Of a DNA stretch of 64,000 bases, positions 62,791 to 64,000 are shown piece after piece. Where the stretch lies: the NCBI GenBank assembly GCA_020052415.1, contig JAGVPB010000011.1, positions 128,035-192,034 on the forward strand, read 5' to 3'. The notes beneath the pieces were generated by a model that saw only the letters and a list, made by a program, of their open reading frames with translations, was not told the origin of the DNA and did not search any database. How positions within the stretch are numbered: the stretch's first letter is position 1; every line of letters starts with the position of its first letter. The position numbers and the translations under genes were made by a program. The stretch comes from Bacteroidales bacterium. Its GTDB lineage: Bacteria > Bacteroidota > Bacteroidia > Bacteroidales > JAADJA01.

Positions 62791-63846
62791 ATGAAAACAA
62801 GATTTTTACTGATTTCCTTAATTTTTTCAATTACTGCATTTTCGCAGATTACCTTAACGCATTCGGATTATGCAAACGGAATGGCAACCGGAAGCGATTT
62901 TACCTCTTATGCAACACCTATTAATGGCCCAATGCTTAGTGTATTTGTTGGTGAACCGTCCGGCTCGGCTCAAACCTGGGATTTCACCGGTTTTGATTTC
63001 ATTCAGGCAGGGGATGGAATATCGGTAGAGCCTTCATCCGCACCCTTTTATTCTTCTTTTCCCGGATGCAATGTTGTTTTATCGGAAGATACTTACGGAT
63101 TTGATGACGACACCATACATACATGGACCTACCAGGAACTTACTTCGGATCAGCTTTTGCTTCATGGATTGAGTGATGAAATTGAAATTGCCTTTACATG
63201 GGATCCACCGGCAGTTCAAGCCGTTGTACCTTTTACTTATGGAACTACCTGGGAGGAGGATTGGGATTCCACCTGGTATTATCCTGATGTATGGGTAATT
63301 TCCAAAATTGAAGTTGAAATTGATGCATTTGGAACCATGAAACTGCCCTCGGGAGACTATCCCTGTCTGAGATTAACGGATTACAACTTTATGATTTCAC
63401 ATACGCTTGTCGGAGTAGATTCTGTAACTGTCATTGGGTATCATTGGTATGCAAAAGATCTTACCCAGGTTCATATTACCTCAATATATGAAGAGCAATT
63501 CAACCTCTCAACCATTGAGATTGGCGCTTTCTCGTATTCCAAAGCCGGTGGACCGGCTGGTGTAAATGAACATGCAATTTCAATGAATTCTGCAACCCTG
63601 GAGCAAAATTCGCCGAATCCTTGCATCTCAAGCACAGTTATCAATTATTCATTAACAAAAGCTAATGAGGTTAGCCTTAAAGTTTATGATTATCTGGGTA
63701 AGGAAATTGCCACTCTCGTAAATGAAAGGCAGGCAGCCGGGCAATACCAGATTGATTTTTCAGCTAAAGGCTTAAATCCGGGGATTTATTTTTATAGATT
63801 GAATAACGGTGATGTCTGTCTTATCCGAAAAATGATTGTTCAATAA
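62791..63846 (+). CDS. hypothetical secreted protein with T9SS C-terminal sorting domain
   Basis: Signal peptide MKTRFLLISLIFSITAFSQ. The tail is LEQNSPNPCISSTVINYSL...GIYFYRLNNGDVCLIRKMIVQ. Confidence 0.7.
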   Translation: MKTRFLLISLIFSITAFSQITLTHSDYANGMATGSDFTSYATPINGPMLSVFVGEPSGSAQTWDFTGFDFIQAGDGISVEPSSAPFYSSFPGCNVVLSEDTYGFDDDTIHTWTYQELTSDQLLLHGLSDEIEIAFTWDPPAVQAVVPFTYGTTWEEDWDSTWYYPDVWVISKIEVEIDAFGTMKLPSGDYPCLRLTDYNFMISHTLVGVDSVTVIGYHWYAKDLTQVHITSIYEEQFNLSTIEIGAFSYSKAGGPAGVNEHAISMNSATLEQNSPNPCISSTVINYSLTKANEVSLKVYDYLGKEIATLVNERQAAGQYQIDFSAKGLNPGIYFYRLNNGDVCLIRKMIVQ

Positions 63847-63936
63847 ATATTTTTTTCACCTTTCTGTTTCAGGATTCAATTTTTTCTATTTTTACCTCCG
63901 AAATGCAGTTCAGTGCATATCGGATAATTTTGAATT

Positions 63937-64000
63937 ATGAAGCAGAGGGTATGGCTTATTTATTTATGGTTTCTACTGATTCCCGGATTGTTTTCCTGTG
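63937..64000 (+). CDS. 5' fragment of a lipoprotein gene (runs off the window)
   Basis: Hand-translated as MKQRVWLIYLWFLLIPGLFSC, a signal peptide with an LFSC lipobox. Confidence 0.35.
   Translation, partial: MKQRVWLIYLWFLLIPGLFSC

Noticed and set aside
1-64000. Mobile elements, prophage genes, rRNA/tRNA genes
   Set aside because: No transposase, integrase, phage structural, rRNA or tRNA signatures were recognised in any ORF or spacer I read. tRNAs were screened only by eye, so one could have been missed.

Overview
This is a 64-kb chromosomal segment with Bacteroidota hallmarks. Six proteins end in type-IX-secretion (T9SS) C-terminal sorting domains. TAnnTTTG -7 promoter boxes sit in front of many genes. 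The bamD-rpoZ-coaBC-DUF4835-recN synteny block is present. I call about 58 protein genes, mostly housekeeping or metabolic: hutI and ftcD, rocD, acyl-CoA dehydrogenase, fabI, recN, coaBC, trkAH, mscL, M1 and M14 peptidases, two-component systems, and a sugar-salvage trio. I saw no rRNA, tRNA, CRISPR array, transposase or integrase. Four things stand out. (1) An AT-rich two-gene cassette (SMC/ABC-type ATPase plus a small Toprim-like protein joined by an ATGA overlap) is wedged between the pathway partners hutI and ftcD. It resembles split-OLD/PARIS/AbiL defence architectures, but its partner protein is an uncharacterised type. (2) A dispersed mosaic family of 7-bp-periodic (and some 9-bp-periodic) non-coding repeats occupies at least eight intergenic loci plus one in-frame site inside hutI. 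The loci share non-periodic modules and a conserved hairpin. Where a tract lies next to a gene's 3' end, its G/T-rich strand is the sense strand of that gene. (3) Three proteins are unusual: an AmgK-like kinase fused to a RapZ C-terminal domain, a DapA-family protein with its catalytic triad substituted that shares an operon with a GHMP kinase and an SDR, and a membrane protein with a long Arg/Lys-repeat N-terminus. (4) A 1101-aa T9SS adhesin contains five near-identical cadherin-type repeats. All functional calls rest on motif recognition by eye; no database search was run.
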